64,000 bases of DNA. Source: Acidobacteriota bacterium (lineage in GTDB: Bacteria; Acidobacteriota; UBA6911; RPQK01; JADFOI01). A program made the translations under genes and the position numbers. Shown here one piece after another: positions 43,187 to 52,525 of this stretch. Location: the NCBI GenBank assembly GCA_963663035.1, contig OY760074.1, positions 32,001 through 96,000 on the forward strand. The letters are read 5' to 3'. The notes below the pieces were generated by a model, which ran no database searches, was not told the DNA's origin, and saw nothing but the letters and a program-made list of their open reading frames with translations. Position 1 is the stretch's first letter. Every line of letters begins with the position of its first letter.

Positions 43187-44422
43187 ATGTTGAGGCGTTT
43201 CGCCTTTCTTCCGTCTGTTTTTCTATGGGCTGCAGTTTCACTGGCAGCCCAAACACCACAGCCCACTGTCGAGGATTTAAGCCTGGCTCTTCAGGAACTT
43301 CAGGACCAGCTTGCCCAGCTGAAATCGGACCATGCAAGGAGACTGGCTGAGCTGGAACAGCGCATTCTGCAGCTCTCAGCTGCCACTCCACAGCTCATCT
43401 CCGAGGCAGCAGCTCCTCCCCAGGATGTCAGTTCCACAGGAGGTCAAAGAACGCTGCAGGCTTTGAATCCAGAGATCAGCGTGACCGGAGACGTGACAGC
43501 CCGTTTCAGTGACAACAAGCAGGACCCCGACTTCGATCGTTTGAACTTTGACGGTTTCGAAGTCGCTTTTCAGCACCCGCTGGACCCTTACAGCCTGGCC
43601 AAATTCTTTGTGGCTTTCGAGGAAGGAGAATTTGAGTTGGAGGAAGGGTACCTGACCTGGGAATCGCTGCCTGGAAATTTGGGTTTAAAAGTGGGTCGAT
43701 TCCATGCCAATTTTGGCAAACTGAATCGTTCCCACAAACACGCTCTTCCCTGGGCCAATCGCGATCTCCCCACCCAGACTCTTTTTGGCGATGAGGGACT
43801 CATTGGTGAGGGACTTTCCCTGAGTTGGCTGCCGCCCCGGCTTCCCTGGGCACAGACCAACGAACTCTCCTTTGAGGTGATGAACAATTCCAACGACCTG
43901 GCCTTTTCGGGAAGGGGTTTCGGGGATCCCCTCTTCACGGGACGACTTTTGAACTACTACGATGTTACCGACAACGCCTATCTGGAATGGGGTCTCTCGG
44001 CAGCCACTTCTCACTGGGACATCGACAAGCAGAATCGCTCAACTGTCGTGGGATTGGACTGGACCTACCGCTGGGAGCCCCTGCAGCGTGCTCTCTATCG
44101 CTCCCTGGAGCTGCGCAGCGAATTTTTTTACAACGCCCGTGACCACTGGCCGGGTGGTGACATTCTCGGAATGTACGCCTCCGGCGAGTACCAACTCAGC
44201 CGACGCTGGTATGGCGGACTCCGATATCAGTTCTCCCAGCTTCTTGAAAATCAGGACGACAGCGAGTGGGCGCTCTCCCCATTTTTGACCTTATGGCAAA
44301 GCGAATGGGTCAGGCTGCGGGCCCAATACGATTTTTTGAATCGAGACTTCGACGAAAATGAAAATCGATTCTTTGTTCAATTCACCTGGTCGCTGGGTCC
44401 CCATAAGCATCAGACCTACTAA
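43187..44422 (+). CDS. Outer-membrane beta-barrel protein of a metal-uptake operon
   Basis: Signal peptide, coiled coil, LNPEISV, FGKLNRSHKH, ends SLGPHKHQTY. Confidence 0.8.
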   Translation: MLRRFAFLPSVFLWAAVSLAAQTPQPTVEDLSLALQELQDQLAQLKSDHARRLAELEQRILQLSAATPQLISEAAAPPQDVSSTGGQRTLQALNPEISVTGDVTARFSDNKQDPDFDRLNFDGFEVAFQHPLDPYSLAKFFVAFEEGEFELEEGYLTWESLPGNLGLKVGRFHANFGKLNRSHKHALPWANRDLPTQTLFGDEGLIGEGLSLSWLPPRLPWAQTNELSFEVMNNSNDLAFSGRGFGDPLFTGRLLNYYDVTDNAYLEWGLSAATSHWDIDKQNRSTVVGLDWTYRWEPLQRALYRSLELRSEFFYNARDHWPGGDILGMYASGEYQLSRRWYGGLRYQFSQLLENQDDSEWALSPFLTLWQSEWVRLRAQYDFLNRDFDENENRFFVQFTWSLGPHKHQTY

Positions 44423-44787
44423 GAAGGAGAAAGAAATGACACGAAAGATTTGTAGATTCTTCTGGGTCTTGTCCTTCTTTGTGGTTCTCGATGAGACCAA
44501 CGGCCAGGTTAAGATCGTTTCCTCACTCCCCGATTATGCTTCGATCGCCGAATCTATTGGGGGAGAAAAAGTAGAAGTCACGAGCATCGCCAAGGGTTAT
44601 CAGGATGCACATTTTGTGAAGGCCAAACCCAGTTTTGCCCGCCAAATGTCCGAGGCAGACCTCTTTCTCACCACCGGGATGGACCTGGAGCTTTGGGTTC
44701 CCACCCTGATTGACAAATCTCGTAATCGCGACATACGTGAAGGGGAATCGGGTTATGTGAACGTCTCACAGGGAATGACTTTTCTAG

Positions 44788-46426
44788 CCGCAATTATTCA
44801 TAAGTTTGGGGTGAGTGTCGATTTTCTGCGGAAGTTCAGGGCTGAGAGTGTGTTCAGGTGCGATTACAAGGCGTCCAAGCTTGTTGAGCCGAATAGAGAT
44901 GAAGCGAGAGCCCCTTCCGGAAACAGCTCGGCCCGCAGGGGGCTGTATATCTGTGTTGGCGCAGGGAGTCAGGGGACCGTCAGGTGGGACACAGACGGTG
45001 CATCAGTAATGCGAAGAGCTTTTGTTCGGGATAAGACGATGCCAGGTGCACCCAGATGCGACGAGAAGTTTCCCGAACCCGGGCACCGATTTTGAACAGG
45101 CGGCGGCGGAGCGTCTCAATCTCCAGGTTGTGCCAGGGAGTCCCGCACAGGTAATCCCGCAGGCGCAGGATTAAGACATAGGCCAGGGCGTGGATGAAGA
45201 GTCGGAACTGGTTGGCCAGGAAACGGTGGCAGCTCAAGCGATCCATGGCCAGATCTTTTTTGAAAGCTTTCACGAAGTTCTCGCACTGGCCCCGTCCGAT
45301 GTAGTGGTCATACAGCTGCCCGGCCGTGAGATCCTGGCGGTTGGTGACCACAAAGCGACGGTTGAACCCGCGCTCGCTCACTTCCACCTTGGCCACCATG
45401 CGCCGCTCCCGGTCCCAACTGTCGGCCTGATAGACGAGCTCGGTGAACTGGCGTTGCTTTTCTCCTGAGTCGTCATAGTCTGCTTGCACCTGCTCAACCA
45501 AGGGCTCGACGGTGGCCGCCAGCCGGGAGTTGCGGGCAAAGCCCACCACATACTGCAGTTTTTCCTCCTCACAGAACTCGTACAGTGCCGGCGTCGCAAA
45601 GCCACTGTCGGCTCGCACTTCGATCGGAACATCGGATCCCAGAACCTGGCGCATCCGGGCCACCACCCGTTTGAGAACCGCCACCGCGTGGGCGGCCGCC
45701 CCCTGGTTGCCGGGCCGCAGTAGCGCACATACCAGATCGCCCGTCTCGCCATCGAATAGCAGCAGCGGATGATACATGTGCTCGCGATAATAGCCGTGGT
45801 AAAAGCTGAACTCCTGCTGCCCATGCGTGACGTCATCCGTGCTGTCGATGTCCAGGATGATCTTCTCGGGCCGGCTCTTCTTGCGGTGCTTCAAGTAGGT
45901 CTCCAGCAGCCACTGTCCCAGGCGAGTGAGATCCTTCGAGTCCACCGAGTTCTCCAGTCGCGACAGCGTGGGTTGAGAAGCCAGATCCGGATCGCTTTCC
46001 GGCAGCCGATCACACACGGTCTTGAAGATGGGATCCGAGCGCAAGCTGTCGGCATCGTTGCAGTCCTCATAGCCGGCCACGATCTGAAAGCTGCGCTGGG
46101 TGAGCAGTTCGCGAATCTGGTGGCGGACGTAGCGGCTATCTCGAGCGTCCTTCAGGCAGGAGGCAAAGCCAGCCGTCAGTCCGTGCTGTTGATCCAGGGC
46201 GTACAGACACAGCAGCCCGGCATCGGAGGAGAGCCGGCCTCCATCGAATCGAGCCACCACTTTTCTGTCAGGGTGAGATGGCAAGTTGATCTGGCAGACT
46301 GATGCATCGCTGGGCCGTACCTTTTTGGTTTGGAGTTGTTTCATAACCCCTTTTATATCAAAGAGGTACGGCATCTTTTTGTGCCCTCGATCAGACCCCT
46401 TCTTCAGAATTTATGAATAATCCGGG
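44788..46426 (-). mobile_element. IS1380-family element, copy 2 (1639 bp)
   Basis: 4-bp TSD CTAG (44784-44787, 46427-46430); transposase at 44980-46374 identical to copy 1. Confidence 0.96.
44980..46374 (-). CDS. IS1380-family transposase
   Basis: Translation identical to 25202-26596. Confidence 0.95.
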   Translation of the reverse strand: MPYLFDIKGVMKQLQTKKVRPSDASVCQINLPSHPDRKVVARFDGGRLSSDAGLLCLYALDQQHGLTAGFASCLKDARDSRYVRHQIRELLTQRSFQIVAGYEDCNDADSLRSDPIFKTVCDRLPESDPDLASQPTLSRLENSVDSKDLTRLGQWLLETYLKHRKKSRPEKIILDIDSTDDVTHGQQEFSFYHGYYREHMYHPLLLFDGETGDLVCALLRPGNQGAAAHAVAVLKRVVARMRQVLGSDVPIEVRADSGFATPALYEFCEEEKLQYVVGFARNSRLAATVEPLVEQVQADYDDSGEKQRQFTELVYQADSWDRERRMVAKVEVSERGFNRRFVVTNRQDLTAGQLYDHYIGRGQCENFVKAFKKDLAMDRLSCHRFLANQFRLFIHALAYVLILRLRDYLCGTPWHNLEIETLRRRLFKIGARVRETSRRIWVHLASSYPEQKLFALLMHRLCPT

Positions 46427-47131
46427 CTAGAGGTTCCCGCGAGTGCCAACAGAACCGCGGGGGACACCCACATTTATGGCAATCCGCATATCACCACCGA
46501 CCCTCTCCGAGGGATCCAAATCGCGGAAAATATCCTGGCCGGGCTCAAGAGGGTTGACCCTTCCAACAGCGCCTACTATGAAAAGAATTTCCAAGACTTC
46601 AGGTCGGAGATCTACCGGCGGCTTTACGGTGGGGAACTGGTCCAGCTGGTGGGTGGTGAGCAGTTGGCCCAGCTCACCCGAACCCAGCGACTCAATACCT
46701 TCCTGGATGCCAATCAGTTTGGAGGCAAGCCTTTGAAAGACTATTTGGAGGGCTGGTTCAAGACAGCCGAGTGTCTCCAGGGAAAACAGATCATCGCCTA
46801 TCACAAAAACTGGATCTACTTCACCGATCGCTTCGGGCTGGAGATTGTGGACTACGTGGAGCACAAGCCTGGAATTCCTCCCAGTGCACGTCACCAGGTT
46901 GAGTTGATTGAGAAGATTCAGAGTCTCGACATTCAAGCCGTTCTTACGGCCAACTATTTTGATGAGAAAGCGCCTCGAATGCTTGAAGAAAGAACCGGAG
47001 CCAAGGCACTGATCGTGCCCCTTTCCGTCGGCGGGACTCCCGAGGCACGAACTTATTTGGATCTCTTCGATATTTGGATTCAGGCACTGGTATCGGTGTT
47101 TCCCGATTGCCAGTAAGGTGAGCGACTAGTC

Positions 47132-48568
47132 ATGGAACAACTCATCCAGATCATGCTTCCTCCCCTGGCAGCCTGCCTCATCTTGACCGGGATCTATACC
47201 TACCTCGGGCTTCACGTCGTTTCCCGAGGCGTTATCTTCGTGGACCTGGCCCTGGCTCAGATTGCCGTACTGGGATCGACCTTTGCTTTTTTGCTGGGCT
47301 TCGAGCCTGATTCCTATAGCGGGTACTTCTATTCCCTCGGTTTTACCTTCTTAGGAGCCGCCATTTTTTCCATCAGTCGCCTCAAGGACCAGCGGGTTCC
47401 CCAAGAGGCTCTCATTGGAATCGTCTTTGCCGTCTCCTCTTCGGCGGCAATTTTGCTCGCTGATCTTTCTCCCCAAGGTGCCGAGCACGTTCAAGAGATG
47501 CTGACTGGTGCCATCCTCTGGGTGAGTTGGTCCACCATCTGGAAAACCCTACTCATCTGCCTGGCCGTCGGAGCCTTCCATTTCGCCTTTCGCCACAGAT
47601 TTCTATTGATTTCCATGGACCACGAGGAGGCTGAACGACAAGGCCTGGCAGTGCACTGGTGGGATTTCCTTTTTTATATTTCCTTCGGATTCGTCATTAC
47701 CTCCTCAGTGGCCATTGCTGGAGTGTTATTGGTGTTTTGTTTTCTCATCATCCCTTCTGTCATTGGGATGCTTTACTCCAAAGAAATCGGCACTCGATTG
47801 ATCATTGGCTGGATATCGGGAACCATCGTTAGCTGCGTGGGACTTCTGCTCTCCTATCAATTCGACTTCCCAAGCGGGCCTTCGATTGTCTGCAGCTTCG
47901 GGGTCTTTTTGATCCTCTCCGCTGTCATTCAATACGTGATCCGAGCTGACCGAAAGGACCTGGCTCTGGCTCGCGTCGGGGCGGGAACTCTCATCTTTGC
48001 CCTGGCAATGGGACTTGCCCTGAGCTTTCGACCCTCGCTGTCAGAGTTGGGGCATCTTGAGCAAACCGGAGTCGAAAGAGTGCTCCAGTCCTTGGAGGGA
48101 TTGAAGCTGGAGGAGGGGCCGGCAAGGAATGCTCTGATTCTTCTTGAGGAGGACCAGGAGATCCTGAAACAAGGCTTAAGGGAAGGGGCTATCGAAATCG
48201 ATCAGGAGGCGCTTCAGCGGTTGGGGGAACTGGGATTTTCTGAAGCCATCCCCCTCCTGAGACTCATTTGCGAGAACGTTGAAGATCCCTGGGTCCGTTA
48301 TTATGGCTCTTCTTCGTTACTCCGCCTAGGAGATAAGGAGGGGATTCATCGTTTGATTCAGATTTTGAAAGATCCGGGACCTCCTTTTCTCAAAGTCCAG
48401 GTGGAAGACTTGCTTGTCGAGGTTTCCGGTGAGGATTTCGGCTACGATCCCATGGGCCACGGCCAAGAGAATGAAAGGCCCATTGACCGCTGGGAGGTCT
48501 GGTGGCACGAAAGCGCTGAGCAGGTGGTCTGGGACACAGAACAGCGCCGGTTTCGTATCCAGGAGTAA
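47132..48568 (+). CDS. Metal ABC permease (ZnuB-like) with C-terminal HEAT-like extension
   Basis: YLGLHVVSRGVIFVDLALAQ, AGVLLVFCFLIIP, DFPSGPSIV; about 170-aa soluble tail. Confidence 0.88.
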   Translation: MEQLIQIMLPPLAACLILTGIYTYLGLHVVSRGVIFVDLALAQIAVLGSTFAFLLGFEPDSYSGYFYSLGFTFLGAAIFSISRLKDQRVPQEALIGIVFAVSSSAAILLADLSPQGAEHVQEMLTGAILWVSWSTIWKTLLICLAVGAFHFAFRHRFLLISMDHEEAERQGLAVHWWDFLFYISFGFVITSSVAIAGVLLVFCFLIIPSVIGMLYSKEIGTRLIIGWISGTIVSCVGLLLSYQFDFPSGPSIVCSFGVFLILSAVIQYVIRADRKDLALARVGAGTLIFALAMGLALSFRPSLSELGHLEQTGVERVLQSLEGLKLEEGPARNALILLEEDQEILKQGLREGAIEIDQEALQRLGELGFSEAIPLLRLICENVEDPWVRYYGSSSLLRLGDKEGIHRLIQILKDPGPPFLKVQVEDLLVEVSGEDFGYDPMGHGQENERPIDRWEVWWHESAEQVVWDTEQRRFRIQE

Positions 48569-48775
48569 CTTCTTTGTCTCAATATAAAATGATGCACTAG
48601 ATCTCCTGTCTGGTGTGGATGGACATGGTTGTGAAGCCATGCCAGGCAAGCGAATCCCATCCAGCCTCCCCACCATAAATCTCAGTTACCTGCTGCATAA
48701 AAATAACTTCCGCTTCTCTTACCGGCCTGAATACTGTCACATGGACGTATAGTCGGCTTATCGGAAAGTCGTTGT

Positions 48776-48862
48776 CGCTTCACTGACCTGCTGCGGCGGA
48801 TGAATCTAGAGCCGTAGACCAGCCAAGGAGATACATCACGAAGGTATTTCCCTTGCCTCTCC
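48776..48862 (+). repeat. Kinase/TPR tail repeat R4 (RFTDLLRRMNLEP*) plus 3' hairpin
   Basis: cgcttcactgacctgctgcggcggatgaatctagagccgtag, then ggagatac...gtatttcc. Confidence 0.85.
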
Positions 48863-48895
48863 GGGGATGGTGGCCGCCAGGAATCTGGCGACGGG

Positions 48896-49615
48896 TCAGT
48901 GGGCCCGAATCGGAAAGGTTACGGCGGTCCGGTCCCAGCGAATTTGCAGATCCACGCCGCCCTCGGCCGGCAGGAACTCGATGACGAAGGCCAGCGCAGG
49001 CTCCTCCAGGACGGTTGGCATGCCATCCACGGCCACCACGTCGAGTTCCGGGTCATACTCGCTGGCCAGGTGTAGGCCGAGCGCTTCATTAATATGGAGT
49101 GTCCAGCGGTCGTGACGCGGGGTCGTGAAGAGACTGTACACGCCGGGGTCGAGGTGCTGCCCGGCGATCATCACGGGCACGGTCACCACCAGTTCCGTCG
49201 ACAGGTGGGCACCGGTGACCCAGACCTTGTCGTACTTGACCACCTCCCCGAAAATCTCCCGCGCCCGCTTATACGGCTTGCCGTAGACCACGTGCAGGTA
49301 GCCGCCTCCCGGGAGACTGGCCCCCGCGCGCCCCACGGCGCTGCCTCCCGGTGGAAACTCCGGATCGACGCGCAGGCCCTCGACCAGGAAGATCTCCGTT
49401 TCTCCTATCTGCTGGATCCCATGATCGTGCTGCTGCTCCCCGGACTCGGCCGATTCGTCCGCATGATCGGCAGCCTGCTCGTGGTCCTGGGTTCCGGTAG
49501 GCGCCGTTTGATTGCCTTCATGCTCGTGTTGTTGGGCGACCGCCACGGTGCCCGAAAACATCAGGACCATGGTGGGAAGAATCGCCCGCCAGGTACTCCA
49601 TTGTGTGAATCGCAT
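48896..49615 (-). CDS. DUF2911 domain protein with His-rich N-terminus
   Basis: YGKPYKRAREIFGEVVKYDKVWVTGA, GVYSLFTTP; signal peptide. Confidence 0.85.
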   Translation of the reverse strand: MRFTQWSTWRAILPTMVLMFSGTVAVAQQHEHEGNQTAPTGTQDHEQAADHADESAESGEQQHDHGIQQIGETEIFLVEGLRVDPEFPPGGSAVGRAGASLPGGGYLHVVYGKPYKRAREIFGEVVKYDKVWVTGAHLSTELVVTVPVMIAGQHLDPGVYSLFTTPRHDRWTLHINEALGLHLASEYDPELDVVAVDGMPTVLEEPALAFVIEFLPAEGGVDLQIRWDRTAVTFPIRAH

Positions 49616-49785
49616 GTCGAAGATCTCCTTTCGCCGCCGCGGCCCCTCACAGGATGCAGACAGCTCCTCGTAATCGCCAAAGTATATTAGCTCGCCGCAT
49701 TCGCAGTCTATACGGTAGAGGGTGGGAGGTAAATCGACAAGTATGAAAACCACACAGAAATTCCTTGTGTACCGCTAAACCCTAG

Positions 49786-50448
49786 AATCCTGCTGTGGAC
49801 TCCCGATGGTACCCGACTCGTTTTCCAGTCGGAGCAACCGCAGTACGACCTGCATTGGCGAGCCGCGAACGGCAGCGCTGCTGAAGAAGTTCTTTTCGCC
49901 AGTAGTTACGACAAAGATCCGAACTCGTTTTCGCCCGATGGCTCCCTACTGCTCTTTGAGGAAGTTTCACCTGAAACGCTGAGGGACCTTTGGATTCTTT
50001 CAGTTAACGATTCTCGGGCTGAGGTCTTTTTGCAGACAGAGTTCAGGGAGGCCGAAGGACGTGTGTCCCCCAATGGGACGTTGATCGCTTACGTGTCGAA
50101 CCACACGGGACAGAACGAGATCTATATACGAACTTTCCCCGAAGGAGACAGCCAACAGACGGTTTCCGAGCAGGGTGGCTCCCAGCCCCGTTGGTCTCGG
50201 GACGGAAAACTCTCTTCTATCGTTCGCCGGAGGAGAGGATGATGGCTGTGGACATTGGCCCCGGCCCACCAGCACGCATAGGCGAACTCAGACAGTTGTT
50301 CATTGACGAGTATGACCGCGGAGATTATGATGCCTCCCCGGATGGGCGGTTCCTTATGGTTAAGACGCCGCCAGAGTCAGTGCCTCGTCAAATCAACGTC
50401 GTCCTCAACTGGTTTGAAGAACTCAAACGCCTGGTGCCAACCAATTAG
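49786..50448 (+). pseudogene. 3' fragment of a kinase/PD40 gene, frameshifted
   Basis: WTPDGTRLVF, FSPDG, VSPNG, YDASPDGRFLMV...[18 protein letters not shown]. Confidence 0.88.
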
Positions 50449-50456
50449 GAGGAAAC

Positions 50457-50825
50457 ATGAGTGCCAAAGATGATCTAGGCAGGTACGCCGATGGGTGGAC
50501 GAAAGGTGACCCAGAAATCATCCTCAGTTCGGTCAGCAGCGATTACGTACTCGACGACCCCAATGAAGGCCAAATCACTGAAGAGCAATTTCCCACCTAT
50601 TTGGGCCAGCTAAAGGAGATTGTCTCTTCACTCAGGGGTACGGACTCGGAGACTCAATTCATGGAGCTTTCCGAGGTCGTAACCCAGGAGGAGGGAGATG
50701 AGCTGACGGCCTGGTGCTGGTGGGAGATTCCTGGCACTGAAATTAAGGGCAGCGGTCTGATCAAGGTGGGTCCGGAAGGAGTGCGGTCTGAGCGCCTTAC
50801 CTATTACACCAAGTTAGGCAGCTGA
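50457..50825 (+). CDS. SnoaL/NTF2-like hypothetical protein
   Basis: Strong RBS AGGAGG; GWTKGD...DYVLDDP pattern. Confidence 0.7.
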   Translation: MSAKDDLGRYADGWTKGDPEIILSSVSSDYVLDDPNEGQITEEQFPTYLGQLKEIVSSLRGTDSETQFMELSEVVTQEEGDELTAWCWWEIPGTEIKGSGLIKVGPEGVRSERLTYYTKLGS

Positions 50826-50826
50826 A

Positions 50827-50919
50827 ATAATCGGCCAAACCATCTCCCACTATAAAATCACAGAGAAACTGGGCGGCGGTGGGATGGGTGTGGTGTACTT
50901 GGCCGAAGAGACAAAGCTC
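50827..50919 (+). pseudogene. Kinase N-terminal remnant (start codon mutated to ATA)
   Basis: [31 protein letters not shown]. Confidence 0.88.
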
Positions 50920-50959
50920 TCATTAGAGACGAATCGGGAGTGGTCCCTCCGTTCTCTCC

Positions 50960-51002
50960 AAAAATAAAGAGGGCCCCAATCCGTTATGAGGACCGGGGCC
51001 CT
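50960..51002 (-). terminator. Rho-independent terminator
   Basis: Hairpin agggccccggtcc/ggattggggccct followed by ctttattttt on the minus strand. Confidence 0.75.
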
Positions 51003-51073
51003 ATACGGTTTGCGTCAGGGGCGTTGGGTTTCCCCGCAACGGGGTCTCCCGGCGCATGAAGCACTGAGGGTCG

Positions 51074-51118
51074 CTACGAGAACGCCACCTCGGCATAACC
51101 TCTACTAGAATCTTCCAC
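51074..51118 (-). CDS. Putative 14-aa peptide MEDSSRGYAEVAFS in a small structured transcript
   Basis: SD GGGAGGTGAT just upstream of GTG; TTGACA at 51260-51265; terminator downstream. Confidence 0.55.
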   Translation of the reverse strand: MEDSSRGYAEVAFS

Positions 51119-51316
51119 TAAATCACCTCCCTTTTTTCGGGCGTACCATCCACGGCGGGTCCCAACCCGCCCGGCTTCCGGGGCCGCCCCCAACCCCTTC
51201 GAAAGCCGCCGCGCCAAGCACGGAGCGTCTATGGGCATCCTTGGTCATTCGGTGGGTATTGTCAACTCTCCGGACTCTACCCCCTGGCAGGTTCGGCGAG
51301 GGCTATTGGGCGATTT

Positions 51317-52165
51317 TCAGTGCGTCAAGGCGTAGATGACGTAGTTGATGCCAAATTGATACGCCAACGCGCTCATCCCAATCGGATAGGGGCGATCGCC
51401 AGCATGTTCCCAGCCATCGCCCATGTCGATGTTGAAGTTGATGATGACCATCAGATTGCCGTGATCGTCGTAGATGCCCCGCAAACTCGGCGGACCTTGC
51501 ATCTGGGCCACCGTTTGTCCGTTGGAACCGCGTCGCAAGTGCCGCTGACCAGGAATCTGCGTGAACCTGTCGAGCAGGAAAAAGTCGTTCATCAGTGGAT
51601 CGTCCTCCGGAATATCAACAATCGGACGGTCTGGAAAAACGCGCCGCATACCGGATTCAAGAACACTCCAATCGTACTCACCGTGAAGATCGTCGACCAC
51701 CAGGAACCCGCCGCGCAGCAAATACTCCCGCATGCGTTCAGCCTCCTGAGCGGTGGGGTTCCAGTTCCCGTTCCCGGGCTGCTGCATGAACAGAAAAGGA
51801 TACTGAAAGATCCGGTCGTCCGTTATCTCCAGATGTCGGCTGTCATCCGCAACGTCAAGAGTGGTCGTCTCGCGGAGTGCCGGAAGGAAGTTTTTCTCAG
51901 CCAGGGGATAGTCAATCGCCCAATAGGGCCGACCCCAAAAAAGGAATCCGGCCCTTCCATAATCCCCGTGGACCAAGCGCACCATGTGGAACTCAGCCTC
52001 GGGAGCGTCGCCGCTCTCGTTTTGACTACTGGCGACTCCAGCCAGCAGCCAGCCCCCCATTGCTGCGAGGACCACGAAAGTCATCCGTGCCCAGCGTCGG
52101 CTTCGGCCAAAGGCACGGATCGGAGCCGCCAAACGGTTGGGTACTTGAAACCTTCCGAGACTCAT
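51317..52165 (-). CDS. DUF4159 domain protein
   Basis: WAIDYP, YPFLFM, REYLLRGGFLVVDD, NIDMGDGWE, GINYVIYALTH. Confidence 0.9.
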   Translation of the reverse strand: MSLGRFQVPNRLAAPIRAFGRSRRWARMTFVVLAAMGGWLLAGVASSQNESGDAPEAEFHMVRLVHGDYGRAGFLFWGRPYWAIDYPLAEKNFLPALRETTTLDVADDSRHLEITDDRIFQYPFLFMQQPGNGNWNPTAQEAERMREYLLRGGFLVVDDLHGEYDWSVLESGMRRVFPDRPIVDIPEDDPLMNDFFLLDRFTQIPGQRHLRRGSNGQTVAQMQGPPSLRGIYDDHGNLMVIINFNIDMGDGWEHAGDRPYPIGMSALAYQFGINYVIYALTH

Positions 52166-52525
52166 ACGATTCGGTCTCCATCCTAGCAGAAGGCGCCGGT
52201 CAGATTCTGGCCGGAGGAGAAAATCAGAGACTATAGATTCAGGATCAAGATGTCAAAAGCCCACGCGAAGGAGCGATGACCGGATCCATGTAAGGCTTCA
52301 GAGGAAAGGTCCCTTGCTTTTAGACGAGAAGGAGGGTACCGTTTCGGTAACGGAGATCCAAGTTGGAGACTCCGAAGAGTGTCATTTCACAACAGTGAGG
52401 ACTTTTGTGGCACCGCTCGGCCAGTAATCCACAAGCCCTATTGGATCATCCAGTACGGGTATCGGTTCTGGGTAACGGATCGGAACTCAGAGAGTATTTA
52501 TCATTTCAGACTAAGGAGAAAGATC

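Larger units (their letters stand above)
44436..47116 (+). pseudogene. Zn/Mn ABC substrate-binding protein (ZnuA-like) disrupted by IS1380
   Basis: GYQDAHFV...GMTFL [IS] EVPASANRTAGDTHIYGNPHITTDP...EHKPGIPPSARH; frame restored by removing the IS and one CTAG. Confidence 0.9.

Noticed and set aside
44358-45095. 245-aa ORF as an intact protein
   Set aside because: It is a fusion of the ZnuA-like 5' part with IS1380 end sequence.
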